NCBI GenBank assembly: GCA_951406725.2
Contig: OX597822.1
Span: forward strand, 19,840,001 to 19,904,000
Source: Octopus vulgaris
Lineage: Eukaryota
Direction: 5' to 3'
Length of the DNA: 64,000 bases
Shown here: piece by piece, positions 1-14,155 of the stretch
How positions within the stretch are numbered: position 1 is the first letter of the stretch
Layout: each line of letters starts with the position of its first letter
Made by a program: the position numbers and the translations under genes
The notes under the pieces: generated by a model
What the model saw: only the letters and a program-made list of their open reading frames with translations
Told to the model about the DNA's origin: nothing
Databases searched by the model: none

Positions 1-1550
1 ACGACCTCACAGGTTGTGTAGTGGGTAGTATGGATGTGATTTCATTCTACCCATCTATAGACATAGATTTTGCTGTGGAGAGATGTATTCAGGTAATCTG
101 TGAGAGTGAAGTGGAATTCCGTAAGGTCAACACGAGGGAACTGGGCCTCTTCCTCAGACTAAGCTACAACAGTGACTATTTAGATGACCATGACCTCAGT
201 AGATTCTGCCCCACCAGGTCACAGAGGGGAAGACCACCCACCATCACTTCAGCAGTGAAAAAAGCACCAAAGAGCGCTGGAGTGGCTGGACCGCACCCAC
301 CCAAAACCCTGAGAACAACAATCCGGTGAAAGAAATTATTGCATATGCAATAGGGGCCAGTGTAAAAACCACCTTAAAGAACCACTTAGTAAAGTTTAAT
401 AAAAACTACACATGCAGCCATCGGTGTCGGTATAGCTGGAGATGTGGCCGGCCTCTTCATGACCTGGTGGGACAGAAAACTTAAGCAAATGTTAGCAGAA
501 CAGTCCACAACTCTTCTATTCTACAGTAGATATGTAGATGAGATTAAAATCATAGTTAGGACCAACTCTATTAACGGTAGTGTAGAAACTGAGAGGAACG
601 TAATGGAGAGCATCCAGCATGTAGCTAACTCCATCCACCAAAGTATTAAGTTAACTATAGACTACCCAACTAAGCACCCCAACAATAGATTCCTCGTACT
701 TGATACTGAACTTTGGTTAGAGACTGTGAACAATGGAGTGCCGCTCCTCCACTCATATTACATGAAACCTATAGCTTCAAAATATGTTGTTCACAAGAAC
801 TCAGCTTTGTCACACAACATGAAAATTAACATACTGATAACAGACTTAGGATAGTGAACAACGTGTCCCCATTATGCTAATCCTATGAAATGAAAAAAAA
901 TATACAGAACTTCATGCACCGCATGCAGTTCTCTGGATATGATCATAAAGATAGAGTTCGTGTATACAGGGGTACTAGAAAGAAATTAGATAACATTATA
1001 CGTAATGATACCAGTGGTACCTGCCTTAGATATAGAAACAAAGACTGGAATAGGATACAAAGAACTTGTGACAAAGCAAACAGGGCGAACACGTGGTATA
1101 AAACCGACAAATATCAAGGAGTGATATTTGTAGAGGCCACAGCCCATGGAGAACTAGCCGTAGACTAAGGAAAGCTCTGAAGGAGAAAACTCAACATTAA
1201 GATTGTTGAAAAGCCAGGTAACTCCGTCAGATCACAATTAAGTAGGACGTACCCCTTTGAGAATACCATATGCACCAATGATAACTGCATGGCATGTAGG
1301 AATAGCCCTGGCATTAACTGTAGAACTCGAAATGTATTTTACAGCATAAGATGCATAGAAGATACTTGTAAAGACATGAACATGACATACATAGGGGAGA
1401 CATCTACGAGCATTGCGGAACGACTAAATGAACATTTGAGACAATATGACGACAAAAAAACAGTCTTCCATACTCTACCAACATGCCAAAGACGAACATG
1501 GAGGTAACGAAAATTTTTGAAAATAAAAAAGAAATAAGGGGAAATTTTAC
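1..1550 (+). mobile_element. Degenerate Penelope-like retroelement (RT + GIY-YIG endonuclease), frameshifted; 5' end outside window
   Basis: Consecutive ORFs give RT motifs (SMDVISFYPSID; AIGVGIAGDVAGLFM; YSRYVDEI; VLDTELW; YYMKPIAS) followed by a GIY-YIG-type domain (CRTRNVFYSIRC...YIGETSTSIAERLNEH), with stops and frameshifts between them. Confidence 0.9.
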
Positions 1551-1603
1551 CGGTGAGTGTGTTAAATTATAAGGCACCAAAAGAGAATGACTCTCCCAGA
1601 CAC

Positions 1604-1664
<61 letters not shown>

Positions 1665-1682
1665 TAATAAATTAGTTAAATT

Positions 1683-1835
1683 CTTTGCCACATACTGAAC
1701 TTAGTAGAAATAGCAGCCAAAAAAATTTTTTTTTTTTTTAGCCATTTCTACTACTTTTCTTTAAGTAGTAGAAATGGCTAAAAAAAAAAAAAATTTTTTG
1801 GCTGCTATTTCTACTAAGTTCAGTATGTGGCAAAG
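1683..1835. repeat. Near-perfect ~150-bp inverted repeat (fold-back end of a dispersed repeat)
   Basis: ctttgccacatactgaacttagtagaaatagcagcc...ggctgctatttctactaagttcagtatgtggcaaag; the continuation to ~1960 is homologous (reverse strand) to 37600-37790. Confidence 0.85.
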
Positions 1836-1955
1836 TAATTTATTTTACTAAGCCCTAATTATATAATGTAATATTTTGAATTCGCCTTAAATGGTCCTTT
1901 TACATACTGAACACTTGGTGAAATTGATTAATTAATTAATTTTACCCTCAATTGT

Positions 1956-2003
<48 letters not shown>

Positions 2004-2799
2004 TAAAGTACAAATATTTGTTTGTTTTTGCATGTGTGCACATAGTTAAACACGTGTATGTATCTGTGCACAACTTATCTCCGATTTTTTTCTGATTCTT
2101 AGCTTATAACTAATATAAAGATAGCATGATTTATCACCCCCGGTATTTCATAAGTAAATACTTATATCAATCTTTATAGAAACCACCTTATATGTAAGTA
2201 ATTATGTACTGATATGAATATTAAACTAATTCTACATAATCTTCCCTTTTTAAAGTTGAAAATTGGTATATATACAGTTTATCTATTCTTGTTATAATAT
2301 CATTTTTAGTAATCTTAAATTTTATCTTCATACAACATAACAATATTGTTTATATACAATCATCCATATTACCCCATGATAATTTCCTCTGTATTAACAT
2401 CATAGGTTTTATTACCCCTATAACTGGTAATTAACATCTTGATTTAGCGTCTTCCACTATCCAGCCTGCTTTATAGACAATTACATTTTCTAAATCCTGA
2501 CAATATTTATGACCATACCCAACTATAAACTGTCAACTCACTCTGTCTATCCATTCTAAACAGACGCTGTCCTCTAGCCTTAAATTTGGTAGTTGATAAG
2601 AAAGACTAATAATTTAAAAGTGAACCACAATAATTTACAAGCTATAACACTAAAAAACTTCATATAGTTCTTAGAAGTGTAGTATATTCTGAGTCACATT
2701 AGTAGCAACATGGACTTTCTCCCTCTTCTTGCTCTTCTAAAGAATTTGAGTAAAATTATATTAATGTGTCTAACTGATTAAAAAATTATATTTATTTAC

Positions 2800-2884
2800 G
2801 CAGCTGAGGATAGCCCCTGCATTTAAATTGATGTAGTGATTGCATTCTTCAATTAAATGGAGCCGCTTGAAACGGTCGTACTGC
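2800..2884 (+). ncRNA. Type I hammerhead ribozyme motif
   Basis: gcag-CTGAGGA-long helix II (catttaaattga/tcaattaaatg)-GAAA-cggtcg-TA-ctgc. Confidence 0.7.
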
Positions 2885-3925
2885 ATCGCCTCTTGATATC
2901 CTGTTGCTTATTTTGATTACACACACACACACACATATATATATGGGGGGGGGGTACAATGAGTAATGTTTACTGCCTTTTTGTCTGTGAGAAATAAAAA
3001 AAAAATATGATCATTACCTTACGAAAACTATACCGGCTGAGCAAATGACCTTTTTTAAATGCATCAGAAACACCATAACATATTCAGAACACTCTTTCAA
3101 AGAGATACAAAAGATGAATTTTGGTGGGGCAAAATGAATAAAGCAAAATAAGGCGAATATGCCTTTTCAATTCTCCAGAATTATATTTGAGAAAAAAAAA
3201 TCTCATACACATCAATATCCATCCTGAGACAAGAAATGCAACAAAAATTTTAATTTCCTTGGTCAAATGAAAGAGGATCATGGAGAAATGGTATATGACA
3301 TAAAATTAACGAAATTTGACTAAATCTAAGCCCACAAAATTATTCTCTTTAGCTTCTTCACTATCTCCTGGAGTGGCTCTCCTACTGATATATTTACACA
3401 CCATGCAATTAAAGAGAAGAAATGATTGAAATTAATCATTACTCATTTTGCCCCACTTTACACATTTTTTAAAAATTGAAAATGATCAATTAAGACATTA
3501 GTGTGGGGGAAAATGACTTGGAGTCCAAAAGAGAAAAGGATTCGCTTCTTAAACACTCAAAATTATCCAGATATTCTTTAGCTAACTCAATTACAATCAG
3601 ATCAAGGTTGAGGAAAAATTTCTTGGAACAAAAAAAAAAAAAGGTATCTGTCAGGTTACTGTTTCAGACTCTCTCAACTTCTACAACAACAATTATGCTG
3701 ACCGATTTTTACTCCCAAAGGTGATGCAACACTACAAAATGATGATGCAATATTTGAAATCTAATGGTTTGAAACAGGTAAGAAAAAATAAACAGAAATC
3801 AGAAACTACACATTTTCCCCAACTCTCTCTCCACACACACACACATATACATACATGCATACATACACACACACACATACACACACACACACACACACAC
3901 ATGCATATATATATCTATATATATA

Positions 3926-4278
3926 GGTGCAGGAGTGGCTGTGTGGTAAGTAGCTTGCTTACCAACCACATGATTCTGGGTTCAGTCCCACTGCGTGGCA
4001 CCTTGGGCAAGTGTCTTCTACTATAGCCTCGGGTCGACCAAAGCCTTGTGAGTGGATTTGGAAGACGGAAACTGAAAGAAGTCCGTCGTATATGTGTATG
4101 CATATATATATGTATATCTATGTGTGTGTATATGGTTGTGTGTCTGTGTTTGTCCCCCAGCATCGCTTGACAACCGATGCTGGTGTGTTTACGTCCCTGT
4201 AAATTAGCGGTTCGGCAAAAAAGCGGAGCTCCAGCATGAACACAGTCAAATGACTGAAACAAGTAAAAGAGTAAAAAA

Positions 4279-4280
<2 letters not shown>
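3926..4280 (+). mobile_element. tRNA-derived SINE, family A
   Basis: A-box tggctgtgtgg and B-box ggttcagtccc; the same body recurs many times in the window. Confidence 0.85.
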
Positions 4281-4320
<40 letters not shown>

Positions 4321-4369
4321 CCTCAGCATTAAGTCACTCTCTCCATCTAATCGATGTTGTATGAGCAGG

Positions 4370-4480
4370 TACTACTGTGTACCACGCACCAGGTGTCCAA
4401 GTGATCACACCACCCGTCTAGGAACTGAAACCACGATATCGCGATTACAACACCCTGACCACAAGGCAATGCGCCCACAC
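4370..4480 (-). mobile_element. tRNA-derived SINE fragment
   Basis: Reverse strand has a degenerate tRNA-like head similar to 41580-41723. Confidence 0.45.
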
Positions 4481-4539
4481 AAACACACACACACACACGC
4501 GCGCGTTCGCATGTATGAATCAGCTAGTTGTAAAGACGC

Positions 4540-5110
4540 TGGAAAGAATCCTTCCAAATGATTGGAATGCTCCCGTTACCTAGGAGAACAAATTGGCAGA
4601 GAATTGCAATCAGAATAAGAAAGAGCGGAATATAGGTATTAGGGAACTATTACCTCTGCTGGCTACGAAATAGGTAATAGGGAACCATTACCTCTGCTGG
4701 CAACAAAGGGATTCTTTCTCTGAGTGAATACATGATCGCATGTGGCTTGTGTACGAAGCACAATACTGAATAGTAGTGAAACATGGACATTGAATGTGGA
4801 GGATGTGAAAAGTTTGAAACAGATGAGGCAAGCTTTTTCGGTTGGATGAATAACGGAGTACAATGAGTTGATAGAAAAGGTATGAGAAGCATCAGCGGTC
4901 ATGTATCGGAAGGGAGACCCCGCTGGTACGGATATATACTGTGTGTGGAGGTTGACAGTTGGGTAAAGAAAGACCACATGATCTAAGTGGAAGGAAGACC
5001 GAAGAAAACGAAAGTAGTGAAGGCTTATTTTAGGTTGCTGAACCTCACAAATGAGATGACAAGGGTTATATAGCAGAGAAGCTAAACAGAAGAGAACGAC
5101 GGTGACAGAA
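4540..5110 (+). mobile_element. RTE-type LINE 3' fragment (degenerate)
   Basis: Translates to ACVRSTILNSSETW..., then GRPKKT-like C-terminal residues typical of RTE ORFs; many disablements. Confidence 0.6.
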
Positions 5111-5342
5111 GATGAATAAAGATGGGTGAGAGAGGTGGTAAGAGTGTGATGGTAGAAATATAGTGATGGGAATGAGAAGGTGGTAGATGGGCAGAGAGAG
5201 AGAGAGTGATGGATTGTAAGACGTGGGTAGGAATGAAGGAGGGATAAAAGTATGGGCTATAAAGGATGTGTGTGAGTGTACACATATATGTATATATATG
5301 TATATACATACATATATACACATGCACACACACGAATATATG

Positions 5343-5376
<34 letters not shown>

Positions 5377-5426
5377 TACACACACATATATTTTGTGTGT
5401 ATGTGTCTGAATAATTATGTATACGC

Positions 5427-5520
<94 letters not shown>
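5427..5520. repeat. (TATC)n microsatellite
   Basis: Direct reading. Confidence 0.95.
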
Positions 5521-5697
5521 TTCGTGTTATGCTTAGAAGCGATGCACTTTAATAGAATTTTTCGACTCGGTTGTTCTAGGTTGTTCTAGTGAACTCGAGT
5601 CGAAAAATTCTGGTAGAGGGTATAAGTACATCGTTTCTAAGTACAACGCAATATATTTTCAAAAAAGCTAAAGCTATCTACACACACGCACAATATC

Positions 5698-5751
<54 letters not shown>

Positions 5752-6384
5752 GTACACATACACAAACACACACATATACACTTGTGAATACATATATACT
5801 TATGCAGACACACACGCACACACACACGTTTATATATACAAACACACAACCGAACATAACCATACTTACATTACGCATACACACAGCTACGATAGGATGG
5901 CCATTTAAAAGCTCGCCCTCAAAATGTTTCAGCCTTTTCTCTTACTCTCTATGTTTGCTAAAACTTTGAGACGTTTATATATTTCTATATCTTAACTACG
6001 ATGTGATTTTCCACAGATAAATTCCTTTATCGTAAATACGATGGGGGTATTTTATAGATAGAGTACTATAGTTTTTTAAAATCTTTGAGACGTTGCTTAT
6101 AAATTTGTATATCTTAGCTATGCTGTTTCGACGCTGCTCTCAAAAATTTCATAAATTTCTATATCTTAGCTTTACTAGGTCCTTCCCCCAAAATCTAGAT
6201 TTCTATACATAAATTCGTTCCCACGCTGGAATTTTGGCAAGCTTACCTGCCTGTTTCCTCCTCGTCCCCTTCTCTCTCGCCCCTCCTCTTCTAATGGGTT
6301 CTCAGTGCTGCTGTAAGTATTCACACGAGAGGATGGTCATTTAACAGATCTCCCCCAAAATGTGTAAGCCTTTTCTATTATTAT

Positions 6385-6887
6385 TACCATTCAGTAGTTT
6401 AATTTTTATAACGTGCTTTCACTTCACTACCGAGCGCAGCTCTGTGTGCCTTGGGTATGTACTGTGATTTGTTGTGATGCTCTGATGGTTACTATATTGA
6501 AAGTGTTCTGCGTAGGATGTATGCAGTGCCTAGTAATGCAATTTTCTGTATGTTATATGTGTTTGTAAGTCCTGGTGTTTTTGTTATGTATTTGTCTCAA
6601 TATTTTTTTATCATGCCTAATGCACCTACTATGATAGGAATTGTTTCTGTTTTTAGATTCCACTTTCTAGTTACCTCTATTTCCAGGTCTTTGTATTTTC
6701 AAAGTTTCTCCATTTCTTTTAGAGACACGTTGTCATCTGCTGGTATTGATACATCAATGAGAAAGCATTTTTTCCTTCATGATCTCTGACAACTATATCT
6801 GGTCTGTTGGCCTTAATTTCTTTATCTGCGTTTATTGGCATATCCCAGAGTATGGTTGCTTTCTCGTTTTCTGCGAGAACGCAACCA
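6385..6887 (-). mobile_element. R4/Dong-type (REL endonuclease) non-LTR 3' fragment in a (TAA)n tract
   Basis: Reverse strand gives RPD.V, DVSIPADDNV..KEMEKL.KYKDLEIEV..W...T..IPIIVGALG; bounded by (TAT)n on both sides. Confidence 0.75.
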
Positions 6888-6899
6888 TATTACTATTAC

Positions 6900-6975
<76 letters not shown>
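6888..6975. repeat. (TAT)n microsatellite
   Basis: Direct reading. Confidence 0.95.
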
Positions 6976-7439
6976 GTATTGTTTCTACTATATAAATCAT
7001 ATTTTCACAATGACTGTCTAGAAATATTGAACTCCACCCATTTTAGTGTAATATTGGTTATGTTCCAGCCTACCAGACCTATTCTTATTGCTAGCAGACT
7101 CATTCAACATCAGCTCTACTTTGGCAAACATTTAATACTTTTCTTTGACAACTTTTCTGCTTCATTTCTAATTTATCAGTCTATTTATTCTTCAAGACCG
7201 TGCCAAACCGACTTTCTTCATGGTTCAGGCAGCAATCTACCTCCATTTCTCTAAAACATCTCATCCTAATTTTTAATTATCCATTCCAGTCAATTGTATG
7301 ATTGATTACAAAAGGCAACATCAACACAATATCAATGCTGAATTATTTGAAGACATTCTCAGTTTCTCCTTTCAATAAGTTTGTCAAGAGAGAAATACGC
7401 AGTGTTGCTCATAAAATTTGCAGGGCATCCCTAAACCGG

Positions 7440-7710
7440 CGAGATTGATGAAGTTAATTAATAGATTTGAATACATGTTAAATGGTAGTTAGGTAAGTGT
7501 GGGTAGGAGAGAAATTCCAGAAGTTTGCAGTTCTTGAGAGGAAAAGACTCGAGAAAAAGTGTTTTATTTAGTGGAATCGGTGCTGGAAGGCAAGATAGAG
7601 TTAGGGCAAATGATGAAAATTGAATATGGTTATCTAGTTCAGAAGAACAGAGGATGTTGTATTGGAGCAAGGAAGAAGGAAAGAGAGAAAAGTAAGCTTG
7701 TGTTAAGTCA
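7440..7710 (-). mobile_element. CR1/L2/Jockey-like LINE 3' remnant
   Basis: Reverse strand resembles the C-terminal SF..RT..FWN.L motif; heavily decayed. Confidence 0.4.
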
Positions 7711-7732
7711 GTTATTTTAGTTTATTCGCTGT

Positions 7733-8228
7733 ATGGCTCAGCTGCTCGCTTTATAACCACGTGCTTTCGGGTTCAGTCCCATTGCGCGGTACGTTTGGCA
7801 AGTGTTGTCTACTATAGCTCTGAGCCTACCAATATCTCGTAAATTTGGTAGATAGAAACTGAAAGAAGCCCGTCATATTTACATACATACATATACATAC
7901 GCGCAAATGCACACACGCACATATACATACATACATACATACATACATACATACATACATACATACATACATACATGCACACATATACTTATATATAATA
8001 TGCACATACATATATGCATATAATTATGTGTGCGTCTTTATGTTTGTTCTACCCCATTGCTTGACAACCGGTTTTGGCTTGTTTTCGTGCCCGTAATTTA
8101 TCGCTTGAACAAAAGAGAAGAATAGAATAAGTACCAGACTTGAAAATAAGTACTGGGGTCGATTTATTTGACCAAACACTTCAAGGCGGTACTCCACAGT
8201 CCAATGACTAAAACAATTGATAGGTAAA
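7733..8228 (+). mobile_element. SINE family A (diverged)
   Basis: Homologous to 3926-4280. Confidence 0.8.
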
Positions 8229-8950
8229 AAAAAGGAAGAAATGAATCATTATCTACAAGCGAGATGGTATTCCTTTAGTTATGGCTAACAATGTCTGTGA
8301 GTAGGCCTGGTAGAAGCGCCATCTCTTATATACATATAATATATCATTGTATGTTAACGTGTAAGAGAAAGGTTTGGCTGGAACTGAAATCTAATGAAGA
8401 AATATGTTTAAAACCAAATTATTTTGGCTTCAACCTGTGTTGAAGCCAAAATTCTTCGTCGCTGGAGACATGTCTTGTCAAAATTTTAAACCACATAAAT
8501 ACAATGACAGAATCAGAAGCACGCCATGTTTTCAGTCTGTATTGACAAATTTCTTAGTCTTTAAGTAACTTGAACAACTTCCGCACATTTTATGATATGG
8601 CAACATACTATATAACGCTATGGTATATTATATATCATTTACAGTATACCATATAAGCACTGTGGTGTATGACATGGCATTGTGACATATATAACATTAT
8701 AAATAGTAAATGTGTGTAGTTAAACATGCAAATACAGAAGAAATATCACCATGTACACATGTTAAATATATAAATATTCTTTAGTGTCTTTTATGGATTT
8801 ACCCCAATATATGTACAAGATAGGTTTTATTGTTTTCCGTATATGTAGATGTTTAACTGTACTTATGTACACACATACACACACATACACAGACAGACAA
8901 ACAGACACACACACACTCTCACAGAAATTTGTGTGTGTCTGTATGTGTGA

Positions 8951-8981
<31 letters not shown>

Positions 8982-9003
8982 AGAGTGTTTGTGTATATTC
9001 ATA

Positions 9004-9385
9004 GGAGCAGTCGTGGCTATTTGGTAGGAAGCTTGCTTCCTAGCGACATGGTTCCGGGTTCAGTCCCACTGCGTAGAACCTTGGACAAGCGTCGTCTACA
9101 ATAGCCTCTGGCTGACTAAGATCCTGTGAGTGGATTTGGTAGACGGAAAACGAAAGAAAACCGTAGTATATATATATATGTATCATTGAGTGTGTGTCTT
9201 TGTGTCTGTATTTGTCCTCTACCCCATCGCTTGGCAATCAGTGTGTGCGTTTTTGCGTCCCCGTAACCTAGCGGTTCGGCAAAAGAAACCATTAGACTGA
9301 GTGCTAGGCTTAAAATGTAAGTACTAGGGACGATTAATTCATTCCACTAAAAATTCAAGGCGGCACCCCAGCTGAAGCAAGTAAA
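9004..9385 (+). mobile_element. SINE family A
   Basis: Homologous to 3926-4280. Confidence 0.8.
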
Positions 9386-9459
9386 AAAAGAAGACACACA
9401 CACATACGTACATGTATGCTTGTGTGTTTGTATGTATATACACAAACACACCCACAGAC

Positions 9460-9496
<37 letters not shown>

Positions 9497-10064
9497 GCTG
9501 ACACGTGACGAGAGAGAATCCCTCTTTCCGACTACTACCTTCACAAAAGCTAAACGGGCTTATCCTGTCTCTTCATAAGCTCGTCTCCTTAAGCGTTCAG
9601 AATAATTTTTCCATCGTCTTGGCTTAACAGTCCTCATCGATTGTTTTTACTGTTTTGTTCTCAATGTCCTGTTCTTGTTACCACTTTCACTTTCCGCAAA
9701 AAATCCCAAATTTTATTTATTTGCTTCGCGGGAAGGATTGTTTCAACAAAGTCGCGTCTTGTCCTTACCTTCGAAAAGGCAGAATAGATGAAACAGGGAC
9801 AACTGAAGAAGGGGAATATTCTTTGTTGTATGTCTCGTTTCTCTGTTTTTTTTCGTTGTTTGAAAAAATGTTCGTTTCTATGTTTTTGTTTTTATGTTTT
9901 CGTTTCTCATTGTGTTCAACGGTTTTTTGATGTCCTGTACCCATATATGCATGTATATATACACATATATGTAGGTATGTACATATATGTATGCATATAT
10001 GCATATATTTATATATTATTTATATTATTATATGATCGAACGCCCCGCATCCTTTTCCATGTAA

Positions 10065-10129
<65 letters not shown>

Positions 10130-10623
10130 TTTGCAAGATTTTTGATGTGAAATCGTGTGTTGAAACAGATATTGCTGTATTTAGGAATGGTCATTTTGCC
10201 AGTGTAGCCAATAAAAACACACGCACTATATATTTGGTGTCACTTTGCTTCAGCGTTATTTATTTTTTACATTAATTTTAATCTTATTTCGGCCAGAGTT
10301 CTTTCGTCACACTCCTGTTACCTCATCAGTGATCCTTTGCTTTCTTCTTTCTTATTTGTGTGTCTCTCCTTACTAACGGTCAGCCATTTTGTATTTTGTA
10401 TTCCTATTGTATGTGTCTTCATTTGCGCATGCGTATACCTCTGTGTGTGTCTATGTTTAGTTATTGTGTGTGTGGGGAAGTGCCACACACACACTAACTG
10501 AACATTGACGTATATATATATATATACATATATATGTATTTATATATATCTATGTACATATATATATACATATATGTATATGTGTGTGTATATATATTTG
10601 TATAGGCATGCGCGTACATACAT

Positions 10624-10659
<36 letters not shown>

Positions 10660-10860
10660 CTACAAAATTAGAGAATGGAGAAACATACTTAAATCAGTAA
10701 AACATCAACTATCCGATGATACTCAATCCATACTTTAATACACCATTACATATGAGTAAAGGCAATATATAAAATGAAATGAGATATACAGTAATAGTAA
10801 AAGTAAAAAGATAAAGAGATATAAGTAAAATTTCAAATATAATATGCAAATAAATCAAAA

Positions 10861-10970
10861 CTGACAGCTGTTTCGGCAGTGAGGACAGTCATACCTCATT
10901 TAACCTATAAGCCATAAAGGCAGGTATAAATGAGGCATTAACAAGGATGCCCCACGGCCTCTTCAGAGAA
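10861..10970 (-). ncRNA. Type I hammerhead ribozyme motif
   Basis: Reverse strand: ct-CTGAAGA-ggc...long helix II (tgcctcattta/taaatgaggta)...gcc-GAAA-cagctg-TC-ag. Confidence 0.7.
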
Positions 10971-11307
10971 TTAAATTAAATTTGTTATAATAGTGAAAAA
11001 TATTATATAATCATATACATATAAATATAAAAATATAAAAATGTAAAATATAAAAACTTATACATCATAATGCTACACTTATATAATATAATACACATTT
11101 GTACAAAAAGGAAGGTAAACAGAACAATATAAAACAAAATATATAACAGTGTATATATTAATATTAATAAGTACCGATATTATACATATTTGGCTAATAG
11201 TTTTTTTTATAAAAAAAGGGCTAACACATATGGAGATGAAAAATAATAATTAAATCCGTGGTACAGTTCATAAAATTCTAAAGCTATAAAAGTTAATAAA
11301 AATTACT

Positions 11308-11345
<38 letters not shown>

Positions 11346-12097
11346 TAATAATAATAAAAAATACTAAAAATAGATACAGTTAAGTTAGCACCAAGTCCAT
11401 CCTTTCAAGATCGAAATAACTATGAGTTAAGAAATGCTGACCACTAGGTAAAGAAAATTTAGATTAATTCGATTGGCTATTGGTTTGAAATTTAAATCAC
11501 AAAAGAAAATTATACGGTTGGTTAGTCAAGGAACGCCAATATTCACACACGCATCTACAGATCAATCGCACATACACACATAGTTATATGTATATACATA
11601 CACTTATACACATACAAAATTACAAGCAACAACTAGCACTTAGATAAACAAAAAAGGGGAAGCAACTATGCTAACATTTAGTCCTTCAAAATTATAACTG
11701 AGCCTTAATAACAAAAAAAGAACCATCCATGCATTCTATAAAATATTTAATTTAGATATAAATATATTTTTAAATATCAGTATGTTACTAATTCAGATAA
11801 TTATTTCATGGGTAACTTAAAATTTATAACACCGGTTTGTTACAGAGTAAACATACGGTTGTTAGGTTTATCGTAAGTTTGTTATGATTTTAAGTACGCT
11901 AAATTATAAAATATAAAATATAAAATATATATTAATTTAGATATTATAAATAAGTCACTTATTAACTTAATAAATATAGTGCCATAATATACCAGTTTAG
12001 GCATTAAACTATATATATATATATATATATATATACATCCATACATACAAACATACATACATGCATACATAGACACATGCATACATACACGCATATA

Positions 12098-12131
<34 letters not shown>

Positions 12132-12167
12132 TGCATACATTTATACATGCGTACGTAAATATATGTG

Positions 12168-12199
<32 letters not shown>

Positions 12200-12434
12200 T
12201 GAATGTATGTATGTATGTATGTATGTATGTATGTATGTATGTATGTATATTTCTGCAGTGAGATATTTGTTGCATATTAAACAAAAAGAAATTTTGCATA
12301 ACGAAGGTTTTCCAATATGTGAGAGATAATTCTTAGTTGAAAAGAATGAAGGATAGCATGTATGTGTATATGCATGTGTATATTTTATTATGTATACACA
12401 TCTATATCTCTGCATATGCATGTCTATATCTACA

Positions 12435-12486
<52 letters not shown>

Positions 12487-13239
12487 CACGCGTGTGAGCA
12501 TGTGACCGTGTGTGTATGTACTTTTTTCTGTATGTATATAAGTGTATATCGCTGTGCATGCCTGTGTGTGTATATGTATGTGCGCAAGTGACGGCGCGTG
12601 GTTTATTGATATTCATATACAAACATTTTATACGTTCATTTTATAGATATATTTATGTATGTATATGCATATATATGTATGTGTATATTAAAGAGCGGGA
12701 AGACCTGTCAAGTAACTCAGAATAGATAAAGGTAAGCTTGCCAAAGTTTAATGCAGTTTAGATATGGAGATTAAGATTGTTTGTTATTGGATATTCATCG
12801 CGTACAGCATTTCTAGTCAATTTAATCACCGTCGCAGGTGGACAGTCGAAATAAATAGACAAAATCCTTTCACTTTTATAATATTCTCTAACCAAGTAAT
12901 AATACACAATTACAACATATAAATAAATAATAAATAAAAAATGTGAAAACCACTAAATCTAATGCCAATAAACGACTATATAGATTAAAAAAGTATGGAA
13001 GACTTTACATATAAAAAAACTCTGTACATACAACGAATTAGAGAAAGACCCGTGTAAACCACAGTTTTTCCCGGTTTGTCCATTTACTCAAGAGCTTTGA
13101 GCAAAATATACCTTGATCATCAGCTGATCTTGGCATGCTATACCTCTTTGGAAAGCTCTATGTCTAAGCTACAATATGAAAATCTAGATCTGTTTTTAAG
13201 TTCTTTAGAGCCCAAAAAACCAAACCGAAGCTAAATTCA

Positions 13240-13372
13240 TATGATAAAAGTTAGCGGTTCGCTGATGATTTTTTTATCTGTTTAGCGGTTTAGCGTTTGT
13301 GAAGCTAATCGTTTCAGTTAGCGGATTAGCGGTTAGCGACGCTAACTTTTTGGCTAGCTGTGCCCACCACTG
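13240..13372 (-). mobile_element. hAT-like transposon end fragment
   Basis: Terminus CAGTGGTGGGCACAGCTA on the reverse strand with multiple subterminal ttagcgg repeats. Confidence 0.45.
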
Positions 13373-13952
13373 TATGTATATATGTATGTGTGTGTGTGTG
13401 TGTGTTTGTGTGTGTGTATGTATGTGTATGTGTATATATATATATATATATGTGTATATGTATATATATATATATGTATATATATATCTATATATATATA
13501 TGTATGTATATATATGTATATATATATATATATGATTTTGATTTTTGATTTTTGATTTTTCCAGTTTCAGCTAATGAGCTGTGGCCATGCTGGGGCACCG
13601 CTATTTGGTTTGCTACACGATTTTACCTCACGGATGCTTTTTAGCAAACGCCATCTGAAGCATGAGAGAGTTGTACCTCAGAGGGTAATATATATATATA
13701 ATTATAAGATGTAAGGATCAGTTTATTTATATGTAGCTATGTGTAGAATATTAACTGAAACTATCTTTAATACTTGTAAGTTGAGTAACAAATTTGTTTG
13801 TAGATGGCAAAGATTGACAATGACTTTTAAGGTTTTTGCAGGTTGTGTCTCTGTTAATCTGACGGAGTACAACTGGCAAAACTACGAAGTCACACCCAAA
13901 CTTTTCTTCGCGCGCGCGCACACACACATGCACGCACACACACACACATATA

Positions 13953-14155
13953 GGCGCAGGAGTGGCTGTGTGGTAAGTAGCTTGCTTACCAACCACATGG
14001 TTCCAGGTACATTCCAACTACGTGGCACCTTGGGCAAATGTCTTCTACTATAGCCTCGGGCCGACCAAAGCCTTGTGAGTGGATTTGGTAGACGGAAACT
14101 GAAAGAAGCCCGTCATATATATGTATATGTGTGTGTGTGTATAGGTTTGTGTGTC
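13953..14155 (+). mobile_element. SINE family A, 5' half
   Basis: Homologous to 3926-4140. Confidence 0.85.

Noticed and set aside
3926-4000. tRNA genes at SINE heads
   Set aside because: A/B boxes are present but there is no full cloverleaf, and they are always fused to a repeated SINE body
9781-9840. Hammerhead at CTGAAGA (~9803)
   Set aside because: No correctly placed GAAA or helix III downstream
11882-12622. 246-aa ORF and similar YI/HT/CV-repeat ORFs throughout (e.g. 53946, 54672, 60090)
   Set aside because: Microsatellite translations with no domain content
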